DNA of 64,000 nucleotides from Veleropilina oligotropha (Eukaryota): NCBI GenBank assembly GCA_048128005.1, contig JBEUKZ010000093.1, positions 186,001 to 250,000 of the forward strand, read 5' to 3'. Shown piece by piece: positions 9,943 to 20,505 of this stretch (position 1 is its first letter; each line of letters starts with the position of its first letter). The notes under the pieces were generated by a model. It saw only the letters and a program-made list of their open reading frames with translations, ran no database searches and was not told where the DNA came from. The position numbers and the translations under genes were made by a program.

Positions 9943-11215
9943 TCTCGATATTCAGCTGTGCGTCCATGATCACAAACTCGTAGACGTTCAGTGGACCGGC
10001 CGCTTCGGCTGTTTTAGTGATCTGAATAGTAATGCCTTCGCTGGCGTTCTCGACCCTCCGGCCTGACCCGTGCAACTGATCGTCGTCAGTTACCCGCATA
10101 TCGATCCAGAGCGCAAATTTCTTAGTCAGAAATTCGCCCAGGGTGACGTCTGCCATCTCCAAGTCCTTTGCGACCATCGCAACCTCAGGATGCCGCTTGC
10201 TGCTGCCGGAGGCGAACATTTTCTTGGCTTCTTCCCAGATCTGGTATGTTCGCATGCCCTGGCTGTAGATTTGATTCGGGACACCCTCGATTGTGACCTC
10301 GACCTTTGTGATCTTCGGATTATAGAAGGCCTCAGTATCGCGAGAGAATGGCGCGGCGTCTCTCGCAGGGTCCTCGAACAACAGTAGTATTCCTTTCATC
10401 GACCTCGCCGGTACGTTCACATTCATATTCCACAACGAGTCGCTCTTGTCTAGGGTGAGCTTCCGATGCCGGAGAACACGGTCGTACAGGATTACGAGTT
10501 GACCCTGGTATTGATTTCGAATCCGTCTGGCAAGCTCGGATTGGGTTACCATGTCATATTCGAGGGATATATTGTCGATGGAATAGCTGGAACCGGAGTC
10601 GTCCGTATCCCGGATAGTCCGGGAGTAGTCGTTGAACGTTAGCTCATACTCGAGACGGTCTCCAAGGGCGCTTTGATAGAATGGCATGTGACTTTCCAAC
10701 AGCTCGAAATCCAGCGGGATGCGGAATCGGTTACCGTACGCGGCCGCGACCGCGACATCCTCAGACAGTCTGAAGGCGTCTGCCGCACCAACACGATGCT
10801 TCGTAGTGTTGTGTCCATCGCTGGTATCAATCCCCTGGTACTGGGCGTTCTTGCGCTCCCCTGTGGTCTTCCAGAGATCGCAGTAGTAGTGGTACACGTC
10901 GGAGTCGTCAATCGACATGATCTCGTTTCCAATTATCTTTATCGTGGTCTTTCTGATCACGGCACGGCCGATATTTTTCACTACAGTCCTATTCACATTT
11001 ACCGAGGTCAGAGAGATGGTAAATGCAAGGTGGGCAGTCCCTGGAACGATCACGTCATTCGCCCCGAGATTAGGGAACCGAACCAGGAGCTGCTGGTTCG
11101 GGGCAATCGTTGATGGATTGTTTGTAATCGTGACCGACTGGCGGATGCCCTTGACCGCGAGGGGCTCACGCAGTCTGCGGTATGGATTAAGCTTGCGTCC
11201 GTATACGCTGGTCAT
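9914..11215 (-). CDS. Putative double jelly-roll major capsid protein (433 aa)
   Basis: Size, beta-strand-like alternating pattern (IRFP-like LLVRFP, FRIPLDF, LEYELTF, ISLEYD, MKGILLLF) and position next to the packaging ATPase; ATG at 11215; fold inferred. Confidence 0.8.
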   Translation of the reverse strand: MTSVYGRKLNPYRRLREPLAVKGIRQSVTITNNPSTIAPNQQLLVRFPNLGANDVIVPGTAHLAFTISLTSVNVNRTVVKNIGRAVIRKTTIKIIGNEIMSIDDSDVYHYYCDLWKTTGERKNAQYQGIDTSDGHNTTKHRVGAADAFRLSEDVAVAAAYGNRFRIPLDFELLESHMPFYQSALGDRLEYELTFNDYSRTIRDTDDSGSSYSIDNISLEYDMVTQSELARRIRNQYQGQLVILYDRVLRHRKLTLDKSDSLWNMNVNVPARSMKGILLLFEDPARDAAPFSRDTEAFYNPKITKVEVTIEGVPNQIYSQGMRTYQIWEEAKKMFASGSSKRHPEVAMVAKDLEMADVTLGEFLTKKFALWIDMRVTDDDQLHGSGRRVENASEGITIQITKTAEAAGPLNVYEFVIMDAQLNIENGRFVEALY

Positions 11216-11251
11216 GGCGGAATTAGATGCGTATCCCACTGATGTATTCAA

Positions 11252-12568
11252 ATGGCGGAATTCGAGAACCCCGCATTCGAGCCTGACGATCTCATCGACA
11301 ACGATGATACCATCATCGACGATATTGATGTGGATAGATCCACCGACCGATTTATGCCTGTTCTTTCGGAACGGCCACAGGAAGGAACCAGCAGTCTGCG
11401 GCAAGAGCTCGTTCAGGGCGTGGTTGACGACTACTACAAAGCCCTGGCACAGGAGGGGCAGACCCCAGCCACGGGGCGAGATTATTTAAAATTCAAGTAC
11501 GTGGCGGGAAAATTAGGGCGGGGGGGAAAATTGATGATGACGAACCACCCCGACATCAATCTCATCAATTCTCGCACCGGCAACCCCTTGGCGTTGTCAA
11601 CAATAGCTGGCCGGCCTGGTGGGGGTGATGCCATCCGAGATCTGGGTTTTGTAAACTGGAAGCGGGGAGGGGGGGGACAAAAGCTGTCCTCAAAAGCGGT
11701 TGCAGCTCTTCAGGCAGCCGACACTGAGTTGAGCGGTGCGGCCGCTAACGTCGAAAACGTAGAACTGCGGGACTTGGGGCAGACTGCTACTGATGCCTCG
11801 GTAGCAATCCACACGATGGAGACGGAATTCACTGATACCGAGGTTGAAGAGATCTTAGGCACAATGGGGGACCCTCCATTAAACCTCCGCGAGCTTCGCG
11901 GACTTGACAAGGCGATGCAGACCATTCGAGGCGAGCTCACTAACAATCTAGCCAAACTAACGGCGCTGGACGAACACATAGAGCTGGAGAAGAGCAACCT
12001 CGATCGGGCCGATGAAGAGGGCGGTGTGGATGAGTTTATTCGTCGACGGATCGCGGAACGTCTGCGCAACTTAAACGATGAACGAGCAGCTCGCCTAGAG
12101 GCAGCCTCATCATGCCGGGAGGCCCTACGCTCTCAAATCAGCCGGATCCGAGAGATGCTAAATCGGATACTCCACTCAGATACCACGCTGGCCGAGCGTA
12201 TCCGGACCCTATTTCGCGAGCAGGGGGTTACGATCGCAACAATACTGACCGCTATTGGGTTGGCTATCTCGACTTTGGTACTAGCCCTGACAGGCGGAGC
12301 GCCGACCATCGCACCAACACCACCACCTCCCAGTGGTCAGGGGGGGGTCAAGGAGTGGGTCAAAAAGCAGCTGCAGAACCTGGGAAGGATTCTAGGCAAA
12401 CTAGCAGGGAAGGCCGCTGCGGCACTCCCAGGAATACTTGGAAGCCTGGTCTCCTGGCTAATCAACCTGATTGGCAAGACAGCATCGTGGCTCGCTGAAA
12501 ACCTATGGGCACTGGTCATATCAGTTGGGGGCTTGCTTCTTATTGCCGCTAGACAGTGGGTCACGTAA
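11252..12568 (+). CDS. Coiled-coil protein with C-terminal hydrophobic/amphipathic helices (438 aa)
   Basis: Acidic N-terminus, long heptad-like region, VTIATILTAIGLAISTLVLALTGG and LWALVISVGGLLLIAA segments. Confidence 0.85.
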   Translation: MAEFENPAFEPDDLIDNDDTIIDDIDVDRSTDRFMPVLSERPQEGTSSLRQELVQGVVDDYYKALAQEGQTPATGRDYLKFKYVAGKLGRGGKLMMTNHPDINLINSRTGNPLALSTIAGRPGGGDAIRDLGFVNWKRGGGGQKLSSKAVAALQAADTELSGAAANVENVELRDLGQTATDASVAIHTMETEFTDTEVEEILGTMGDPPLNLRELRGLDKAMQTIRGELTNNLAKLTALDEHIELEKSNLDRADEEGGVDEFIRRRIAERLRNLNDERAARLEAASSCREALRSQISRIREMLNRILHSDTTLAERIRTLFREQGVTIATILTAIGLAISTLVLALTGGAPTIAPTPPPPSGQGGVKEWVKKQLQNLGRILGKLAGKAAAALPGILGSLVSWLINLIGKTASWLAENLWALVISVGGLLLIAARQWVT

Positions 12569-13852
12569 GCCAAATGAACGCTAGGCCAACGACAATGCCG
12601 CCCACGATAAGTGCGGTTTTATCCTCGTCATGTTTGGTTGCCCCAGCTGAAACAGCCGCCACTGGGGCCACAGCCGGCAGAGAGCCACGATGCTTCGGAG
12701 TGACCGCATCTGCGGGTAAGACGGCGTCTTGTGGGATGACCAATCCTGTTTCTCCAGTCTCCCCAGTGGCGTTGGGTGGAACAGGATTGGCCGCGTTGAC
12801 CGTAGTATTAAGACCTAGGGTCTGGGCTTCCGTGGCAACGACGATTTCGTTGTTATACCCAGCCACATGCCCTACCCGAAGGAGCATGTCACTTGGCGCC
12901 ATGTAAAGGCCGATGCCGAATACGAAGTCTACTTTAGACCTGGCATACTGCAAAACGTCCTGGTACCGTTGGATTGCTGCTGGGAGGTCCACTGGAGATG
13001 AGATGGCGTCTTCGACGTTTGACAGAAATTGCTTTTGCGCGTCAAATGCGGTACCACTCCCCAGAATACTTGTGCGTGTCTGAGCCTGCGCTCCAAGAAT
13101 CGCCCAGACATAGGTCCTAATGGAATCATTGAGCCTCTCCACACCGGCCTGGGTGAATCCCACCGACTTGTCCAGAATAAACGAAGCCCAGCCGTTTGAA
13201 AGGCTAGGCGCTTGCGCGATGTAGTCCACGTGTAAATTCGAGTTGGTAGTCCCTTTGGTGAAGGACATTCGACTGGGGTCATACTCACGTCCTATGGAGT
13301 GGTAGCCGTTGTTCGTCCAGTAGCTGTATGCGGTGCCTAGTCCGCCGTTGGGACCCTTGACACGCCAGTCGGTATGGGGGGACACCCCAAATTCGCTGCA
13401 GATCTTTTCATATGACCTTCGGTCATACGGGGTGTCGAATGCATCCCACGTCACGTCTTGAGGCAGCGGGCCTGAATCTCGGTCAAGATCCTTCTGACCT
13501 GATAGTATACGTGGAAGGTGAATACAGCTCTGGCGAGGGCTGCAGTAGCATTCAAGTGGTCTTCTGAGGAGATCCCGGAACCTGTTGTAGCACACCATAC
13601 GGCGAAGTTTACCTTGTTCTGCCAGAACCGCATCGGCGTGCTGTTCCAATCCCGTATTAGCCGATCACTCGCGACGTGAGGGAGGCGGTATTTTTGAAAG
13701 ACGTTGGGGTATGTTGCCCCGAATGTAGTGGTTGAGCTATTACCCACATTGATGCTTGGTCTCGTAAGCTGCTCATCTTTGATCTTTGCTGGGTACACCA
13801 CACCGGTCGGATAGGCCGCACTCCTATTAAACGCAAAGGCGCTCTTAGCCAT
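12561..13852 (-). pseudogene. ~430-aa protein with C-terminal TM anchor, split by a 1-nt frameshift near 13468-13471
   Basis: MAKSAFAF...RRILTEIQA (13852 frame) continues as PLPQDVTWDAF... (12561 frame) if one C is restored; ends TALIVGGIVVGLAFIWLT. Confidence 0.8.
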
Positions 13853-13856
13853 AGCT

Positions 13857-14594
13857 ATGTTCCACACATTAACAAACGTTCAAGAGGGGACCGCGGTTGC
13901 CCTCCTGGAGCCGATTGATAACCGGGACGGCAAGCTATGTGTCAGCTTGCAGTCGCTCGACTATTGGGTAGGCTGGCATAATGTGCATGCCGGAGCCTTC
14001 TTTAAGACCCCCGATACCACTGTGGACGTGGCACCAGGTTTCTACAGCTTCGCTGACCTCGCCAAGACGATGAAGAGGTCGCTAGTTAACATACAGCTAG
14101 ATGTAAGCCATGCTACAGGGCTCGCCCGAATCGTGGTCCCAGAGGGGACTCGACTCGCGATAAGCGACGATATACGAAAACTCCTCGGCTTAAACCTGTC
14201 TTCGTTTATTCTCGATAAAGCAGGGAATCTGAACCCACCGGTTCGGGGAGCACAGGGCCAACCACCTCCCCCTCCGGAGAGATCCGAGTGGCTACGCCCT
14301 GGGACTTATGACGGGAATAAGCCTGTCGGGTTTGCCATAGCGCCAACCCTACACGTTCACCTGGAGCAGCTCAGTACAACGCACAATGTGAAGGACGGCG
14401 CCCCGAGCACTATTCTCGCGGTGGTCCCTATCACGTCGCAGATGTTCGGTGAAGCTGGCCACTATCATAGCTATCCCGCCGGCCGGCGACTACAGGCCGG
14501 GCTAATCACAGAGTTGAAGGTGTACGTCACAGACGCAGATGGTAACCCGATCGACAATCACGGCATGCCCATTACCGCAGTCCTTGCGATATAA
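13857..14594 (+). CDS. Putative minor capsid (penton) protein (245 aa)
   Basis: Beta-rich; C-terminal LKVYVTDADGNPIDNHGMPITAVLAI and STILAVVP resemble Polinton/virophage penton C-termini. Confidence 0.7.
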   Translation: MFHTLTNVQEGTAVALLEPIDNRDGKLCVSLQSLDYWVGWHNVHAGAFFKTPDTTVDVAPGFYSFADLAKTMKRSLVNIQLDVSHATGLARIVVPEGTRLAISDDIRKLLGLNLSSFILDKAGNLNPPVRGAQGQPPPPPERSEWLRPGTYDGNKPVGFAIAPTLHVHLEQLSTTHNVKDGAPSTILAVVPITSQMFGEAGHYHSYPAGRRLQAGLITELKVYVTDADGNPIDNHGMPITAVLAI

Positions 14595-14921
14595 TGAGCA
14601 GCATCTATGGGACCCTCCCCCTACCCCACCCACCTCTGCTTGCAGATGAGCCCTCTTCCCCCCCCCCCCGACCCGGTGGCACTTTGTCCTTAATTGTGGG
14701 GTAGCGCCCAATAAGGGGCTGGCGAGGAGGGAGTTCATGATCCCTAACACTGGAGGTCGATTTGGGTTGAACCTAGCCCTTCTAATGATCCACCTGACGC
14801 CAGTCCAGCCGGCCGGGGGCCCCAAAGCATGTTCCATAAGTAAGCTTGGCCTGAATTCGGACAGGTTGACCCTCGCCTTTGCCATCAAGGCCCCGTGGGT
14901 CGGCACTCTGTATTTGAACAT
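14502..14921 (-). CDS. Possible hypothetical protein (may be disrupted at the poly-C run ~14658-14669)
   Basis: Only ORF filling the gap between penton and the 14971 gene; no motif. Confidence 0.3.
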   Translation of the reverse strand: MFKYRVPTHGALMAKARVNLSEFRPSLLMEHALGPPAGWTGVRWIIRRARFNPNRPPVLGIMNSLLASPLLGATPQLRTKCHRVGGGGKRAHLQAEVGGVGGGSHRCCSLYRKDCGNGHAVIVDRVTICVCDVHLQLCD

Positions 14922-14970
14922 TACGGCAGACAAGGGGAATCAACAGGCTGAACAATACAGCCACGTATAG

Positions 14971-15603
14971 ATGGACAACACACCCTCAGCGCCAATGCTG
15001 TACCCACAGCTTGGTGGCGATGGGATTACGGAACTGCATGAGGCACAGTCCTTCCGACTACAGAAAGTGAATGAGCTTCAGGGACAATTAGAACGAGAGA
15101 GGGACACACGGGCTGCACTATATAAAAAATACCGCCGAGGTGTTAACGTCGTTGACGGGATAGATAACGGACTAGTCGTCGCCACACTTGGTATGGGTAG
15201 CGCTGAAATTGGTCTACTGTCCACAATCGTTGCCGCACCTGTTGTCCTAGTGCTGGAATTAGCGGCATTAGGGTGTGGGCTCGCCAGTATGGGTGGGAAA
15301 TATATCAGCCGGCGCCTCCAGGTTAAGGCTAAGAAACACGACGAGATTCGAGTACTGGCCGACAGCAAGCTGAATACCATAACCGACCATGTCTCAAAGG
15401 CCTTAGTGGACGGGGTGATGTCTGATGATGAATTCCAACTGGTCACAGCGGAGATGGAGAAATACCAAGCCATGAAGGCATCAATTCGGGATAAGTGTAG
15501 GAAGGCACACACCGCGATTTCACAGACCCAAAGCGAGCTTATTGAGCGTGGCCGTAAAGAGGGTCGCGCAGAGCTGCTGCAAAAAATCGGGGCTGGCGAC
15601 TAA
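14971..15603 (+). CDS. Coiled-coil + two-hydrophobic-helix membrane protein with N-terminal PSAP and LYPQL motifs (210 aa)
   Basis: MDNTPSAPMLYPQL; coiled coil; hydrophobic hairpin (GLVVATLGMG...IVAAPVVLVLELAALGCGL); DGVMSDDEF loop. Confidence 0.85.
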   Translation: MDNTPSAPMLYPQLGGDGITELHEAQSFRLQKVNELQGQLERERDTRAALYKKYRRGVNVVDGIDNGLVVATLGMGSAEIGLLSTIVAAPVVLVLELAALGCGLASMGGKYISRRLQVKAKKHDEIRVLADSKLNTITDHVSKALVDGVMSDDEFQLVTAEMEKYQAMKASIRDKCRKAHTAISQTQSELIERGRKEGRAELLQKIGAGD

Positions 15604-15685
15604 CTATCCAGGTTGAGCGTAGCCACGACTACCCCCCTCCTCCCCCGTATTAAAGCTAGAAATCGACAGTGATATCTGGACAACC

Positions 15686-16114
15686 ATGAAAACCATGAAA
15701 TCTATGCTACTGTGCATTGCTGCGGTGTGCTGGCTAGGGGGTGTGTCTACCCAGGCGTCGAGACACGACACTGCATTAATTCTCGAACATACGTGGGCTA
15801 GGTACCGAAATCATCCCAGGTATAACGCCCGATTTGACCCCTTGCGTAGAAACTTGCTTCTTCGCCCGGGAGCCCCCACCCCTGATGTCTCCCCACCCTC
15901 GTGCCACTATTTTATTATCGGAGAGAATGACTGTAGCCCTGCCACACCCCCAGATACTGTCACATGTGTCCAGTGTTCGACCCCCTCCTTATGTCCTGGC
16001 AAAAATGGGGAGTATTACACCATGCTGTCTGGCTGCTTCGGTGTGTGGAGAAAAATCGGGCACATCTCACCCTGTAATTGCACTCTAGCAAGCGGTAACT
16101 ATATATTCATATAA
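15686..16114 (+). CDS. Secreted cysteine-rich protein (142 aa)
   Basis: Signal-peptide-like MKSMLLCIAAVCWLGGVSTQA; 8 Cys in the C-terminal half ending in CNC. Confidence 0.65.
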   Translation: MKTMKSMLLCIAAVCWLGGVSTQASRHDTALILEHTWARYRNHPRYNARFDPLRRNLLLRPGAPTPDVSPPSCHYFIIGENDCSPATPPDTVTCVQCSTPSLCPGKNGEYYTMLSGCFGVWRKIGHISPCNCTLASGNYIFI

Positions 16115-16574
16115 AACAGCTGTGACCTTCTACATTTTTCAGGTCGCTGTCGTCGACCCATTGTCCGATTTATGAATGAAATACCTCGCATCAATAAGTA
16201 TTGTTTGCGTTGAATGCCTATGCGAACAGTGCCCATGGTTACCTTCACAACCTGGTCATGTGTATTATTAGGCGAATCGCATATTTTTCAGGTCGATCCA
16301 TTGTCCGATTTATGAATTAAATACCTCGCAGTGCATGTATCAATGGCCGGCCGGCTGTCTATGGTTGACTATCCAGTACAGCATAGCGTTTGATACGGAT
16401 TTAGCTTTTAGTGACCTAGTAAAAAAATGATTTTGGTCACCAAACATTTTTCACTGGGTCACCAAAAGCTTCGACGTAAACATGGGGACCGAAATCTTGT
16501 CCAGTCATCGGGGGCACTAGGTCAGCCACGGGCTATGAATACACCATTGACACATAGACTATCATAAGCTACCT

Positions 16575-16771
16575 GCTCTGTACACACAGTGACTTTTTGT
16601 AATACAATCCCTACCCCGGGGGTCTGAAAGGGTGCTGGGAGCCCCCACCCCCGGGCCCCTGGGCCCCACCCTAACTCCCTAGTCCCCCACAGTAATACCA
16701 GCTCGGTTCTGAAATGGTGCTGGGAGCCTTATTTTCCCATTCTAAAAAGTCTACTGACCCCCCCTGCTGCT
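16575..16771 (-). repeat. Right terminal inverted repeat
   Basis: Reverse complement of 1449-1644, followed by the TSD AAACT. Confidence 0.93.
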
Positions 16772-17124
16772 AAACTTCATTTACGCTTATTTTCCTCTGT
16801 TTCTTATATTTTATATTTAAATATTCGGAACAATTTCTATGTGGTCTCTTTACAAATGTAAATTTTATCTGTGTTGCTGCAAAATAGCCTAGATTAAATT
16901 AATTTTCATATTGATATGATTTGACGGAAAACGACAGTTTGCGTCAAAACTTGGCGATCTAGAGCAACTTCGAAACTAAACTTAATTTAAGCATATTTTT
17001 CGCTGTTTTCTCCACTTTACTTTATATTTAGATATTCAGAACAATCTATATGTGGTCTTTTTATTTATATAACTTTTAGCTCTATTGCTGCAAAATAACA
17101 TACCTTAAATTAATTTTCGATCGA

Positions 17125-17387
17125 GGCCGCTTCGGTAGCGCAGTGGGTAGAGTGTCCACTCTAAATTCACTGGCTTGTTTCCCGCTGACGCGAACAGTAG
17201 TGGGATCGACCCCCGGCTGAGGAAGCACACATTTGTTCAAGTTATGAAGCACAGTTGTCCGTGACTGGCCGAAGAGGGCGGGTTTACCCGGCAACCGGGG
17301 TTTCCTCCCGCGATAACACGGACATGTCCTGCCTTGAACCTCGATGTTATAAATATACAGGACATTAAGCATAATTCCTCTTCCTCC
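17125..17387 (+). mobile_element. tRNA-derived SINE
   Basis: A-box TAGCGCAGTGG, B-box-like GGGATCGACCC, (CCT)n tail; related copies elsewhere in the window. Confidence 0.85.
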
Positions 17388-17661
17388 ACTATTAGGAATA
17401 TAACTTTCCTTGATAATGTACTTACTTCAGGTGTGCTATATTCATCCAATTAACCTTAAACCAAAAATTTATTTGTCACTGAAAGGGAGATAACTCTGAT
17501 ATTTGAATATGTTATTTCAATTTTGGAGCATTTTTCAAATTGCTTTTTTGGAAACTTGCACTATCAGAATTCCTTTAGACTTGTGATATGTTGTGTAAAG
17601 GATAAAATACTTTACTTAACTGCAAACATTTCTGTTGCTATTAGTGTGGGGTCAAATCATA

Positions 17662-18557
17662 GCGAGCACGAAGTGTGAGCTCTATAGGTAACGTGTGTGT
17701 AGAAAATAATCAATGATCAACGAAATCTAGTGTACCCTTACCTTTATGATTATTAGGACGGAAACGGGTTGCATGCTGGGATCGTTTAACGTTGATATGG
17801 GCCTTTTGCTTATGGGTATACATTTCATTTATTTGTCAAACGTGTCAAACGCGAAGCGCTTCCACATTAAACATGCATATGACAGGCGCGCAGCGCCTGT
17901 CATAAATACTGAATTCCGCTGAAGTTTTAAAGCCAAGTCTCGGATATCCGTTAGCGGTGACGTCTTTGCCTTGAATTCGCCAGTGTCGTCTTGGCAACGA
18001 GAAAATGATTCGGTAAATTCGCGGAGTTTACCGATCGATTCAAACTAAGAGAGTGTTGTGTACCTTATATGAAAATTATAAGTAACGGGCCCTAAGTAAC
18101 GAACGTAATATACTAAACAAATACTTTAAATGGACGCTTCGAGCCGTACGCCGCTTCCCTCGCTTCGATAACATAGGCATAGTGTCTGTGTGTCGACTAG
18201 GCGGTGCGCAATACAAGTAATTTCACCGGTGCACATAAATAAAATATCCGTTACAAAGAATATCGTTGCAACCTTCCACTACATCGCTCCTCAAGTTACA
18301 ATATAAGTTTTACCATAACATAAAACTAAGACCATGGAGCGGTCAAAGTTCGGGATACATCGAGCCAATAGTGGCAATACAATTATGTCAATAAACTAGT
18401 TGAAAGAATTAATAATTTATTATTAAATTTTTAATAACAAAATTAAATATTAGTTTAAACTTTGTACCCGGTAATTAGTTTTAATAATTATATGTATATA
18501 TGTATCATATATATGCCATATCTGAGTGCTCGTTTCTAGGTAGCACCTACGACATAT
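17662..18557. mobile_element. Non-autonomous insertion unique to copy A, TA duplication, no clear TIR
   Basis: Empty site ATCA-TA-TAATG in copies B and C; filled site ATCA-TA-[896 bp]-TA-TAATG; subterminal CGAGCAC/GTGCTCG. Confidence 0.8.
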
Positions 18558-18659
18558 TATAATGACTGGACTACTGTGCATGAACTTATGCGCCGGTACC
18601 ATACACATATTTTTCGAATGTTGAACGAGGTCAGAATGTAAGAGGGTGAAGATAACTTT

Positions 18660-19123
18660 CACTCTGCTCGCATAGTCATAGTCTAGTCACAGTCTATTGA
18701 CTATGCTCTCGCTGGTCCGCCTACTTCTTTCCCGACTGGAATATCGTCTCTTTGAAATTTTCCAAACATTAATATGTATTTAATATATCAAATTTAGTTA
18801 AAAGTTAATTAAAATAAACTTTTAGAAGCGTTTGTGCAGTTAATAAATTAGCTACGCGGTGAATAAATTGGCATAAATTGGCTGAATATGGCTACGCGGA
18901 ACTATTTGCTGTTTAACATCACTGTATTTCATATTTAAAACGTTGTTATTAGCCTACCGTTTTCTTGAAAACACTTAACCATGTCATTTGCACTTCATTA
19001 AATTACAAACTGAAGCGAAATAATATGTATATTAACTATGTGGCGATCCGCCACATAGCGACCAGCGAGAGCAGAGGTATAAGACTGGGGTCGTCGTTTC
19101 GTATTCTCTTTGCCTGGAGAGTG
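18660..19123. mobile_element. Non-autonomous DNA transposon with 9-bp TSD (Mutator-like), unique to copy A
   Basis: GATAACTTT duplicated at 18651-18659 and 19124-19132; termini CACTCT...AGAGTG; empty site in copy C. Confidence 0.85.
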
Positions 19124-20505
19124 GATAACTTTGTGTTGAGATTAGATCCAAACAACATTTGCTCTGGAATGTAAGTTACTTCTATCAAAATATACGATAA
19201 TTAATGTCAACGCCAAGAGGAATACCGGACGTTCCCAACTAAACCAGTTCGTCGAATTTCGACGAAATATCCAGACGTTTCATCGAATCCTTCAGAATCA
19301 GACGTTTCGTCGAATTTCATATCAAATTGAAAGAGGGTTATAGTAAATCACCCATATAACTGTGGAAATAAGATGCAACAAGCTATCATATTTTATCATA
19401 TTATGAGAATATATTTTTTATTATGCTGCTGAATTAAAAATAACTGATGTTTGAATCTTGTATCTACGGACCGGGCAAGTTTTGTAACGTTCTGCTCAAA
19501 CACCAAAATTTTCAAACTGACACTTTCCATTGCAGTTATATTGACATAATTTAATAACAGTGTATATCATGAGATGACTAATATCAAATTTGCATTTTTA
19601 AACAAAAATAAATATAGTTTGTTCTGTATAACAAGCCAATGTAGAGTGGAAATAGAAAAACATAACGATTAGGTGCTCTCATTAATTCAGACGATTGGCA
19701 GATATTGACATGAAATAACTGGTAAAATCAAATATAGAATATTATGTTTCAGATACAACATCAATCTAGAAATTTCATTTTGCTTCCTGTTAATAAATTA
19801 CATTTGATAAAATGGTCTTTTCAAAATGACACAACATAACGAGGAAAATGGCCAAATTTGATGCTTTGCTATGATAAATCACTAAAATAAAAATTAAAGC
19901 ATTATGTTTTTTATGAATATTTATTGTAGCAAGACCTGTTTGCTTCTTCTTAAAACATAAAATCATTCCAAACATGCTGTTTTAATTACAATGTGTTGGC
20001 ATAACGTGTTTTTCATTTAATGTGTACACCTGATCTTGGCTGAGCTAGGCGTATATAGACTTGGCGAAAAGGGTCTTGGTATTCTTTGTAGACTGCTGAC
20101 GTCGAGTCATCTGTGATTCTCGCAGATAAATCTCCATCTCCGTAATTCACTATTGTGAAATGCAATTTCACATAATGTATCGATAATGTATAAATTACTA
20201 AAACATGATACATCCAGCGATATGTTATTTCAAAAGATTGTTAATGCCTTCCCATGCTTCTTCTTAGAGACAGTGTAAAAGAACATTGATTTAAATGGTT
20301 ATAATTTTGAATATGCAAATAAATATCCGCAATTCATAATATGACATTAATTACTATTAACAGTACGCTCTATTTACCGTAGGCTGAATTGACTGTGTCA
20401 ATTTTGCTGTTTGACTGTAGACGCTCAATCGACCGTGCGCTCAATTGACTGGTATTCAATCTGGAAGAGGATTTCAGTCACAGGCAGTCACGCATTGTCT
20501 TTGGG

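Larger units (their letters stand above)
1449..16771. mobile_element. Endogenous Polinton/Maverick-like (polinton-like virus) element, full length, 15,323 bp
   Basis: Termini AGCAGCAGGGGGGGTCAGTAG... and ...CTACTGACCCCCCCTGCTGCT are reverse complements; AAACT lies directly outside both ends (1444-1448, 16772-16776); dense intronless ORFs include integrase, ATPase, capsid-like proteins and a PolB-like protein; visibly GC-richer than the flanks. Confidence 0.95.

Noticed and set aside
11216..11404. N-terminal extension of the MCP ORF to 11404
   Set aside because: Overlaps the 438-aa gene antisense; the ATG at 11215 fits the gene packing and expected MCP size
17125..17220. tRNA gene
   Set aside because: A/B boxes continue into a SINE body and (CCT)n tail, with dispersed copies; no convincing cloverleaf
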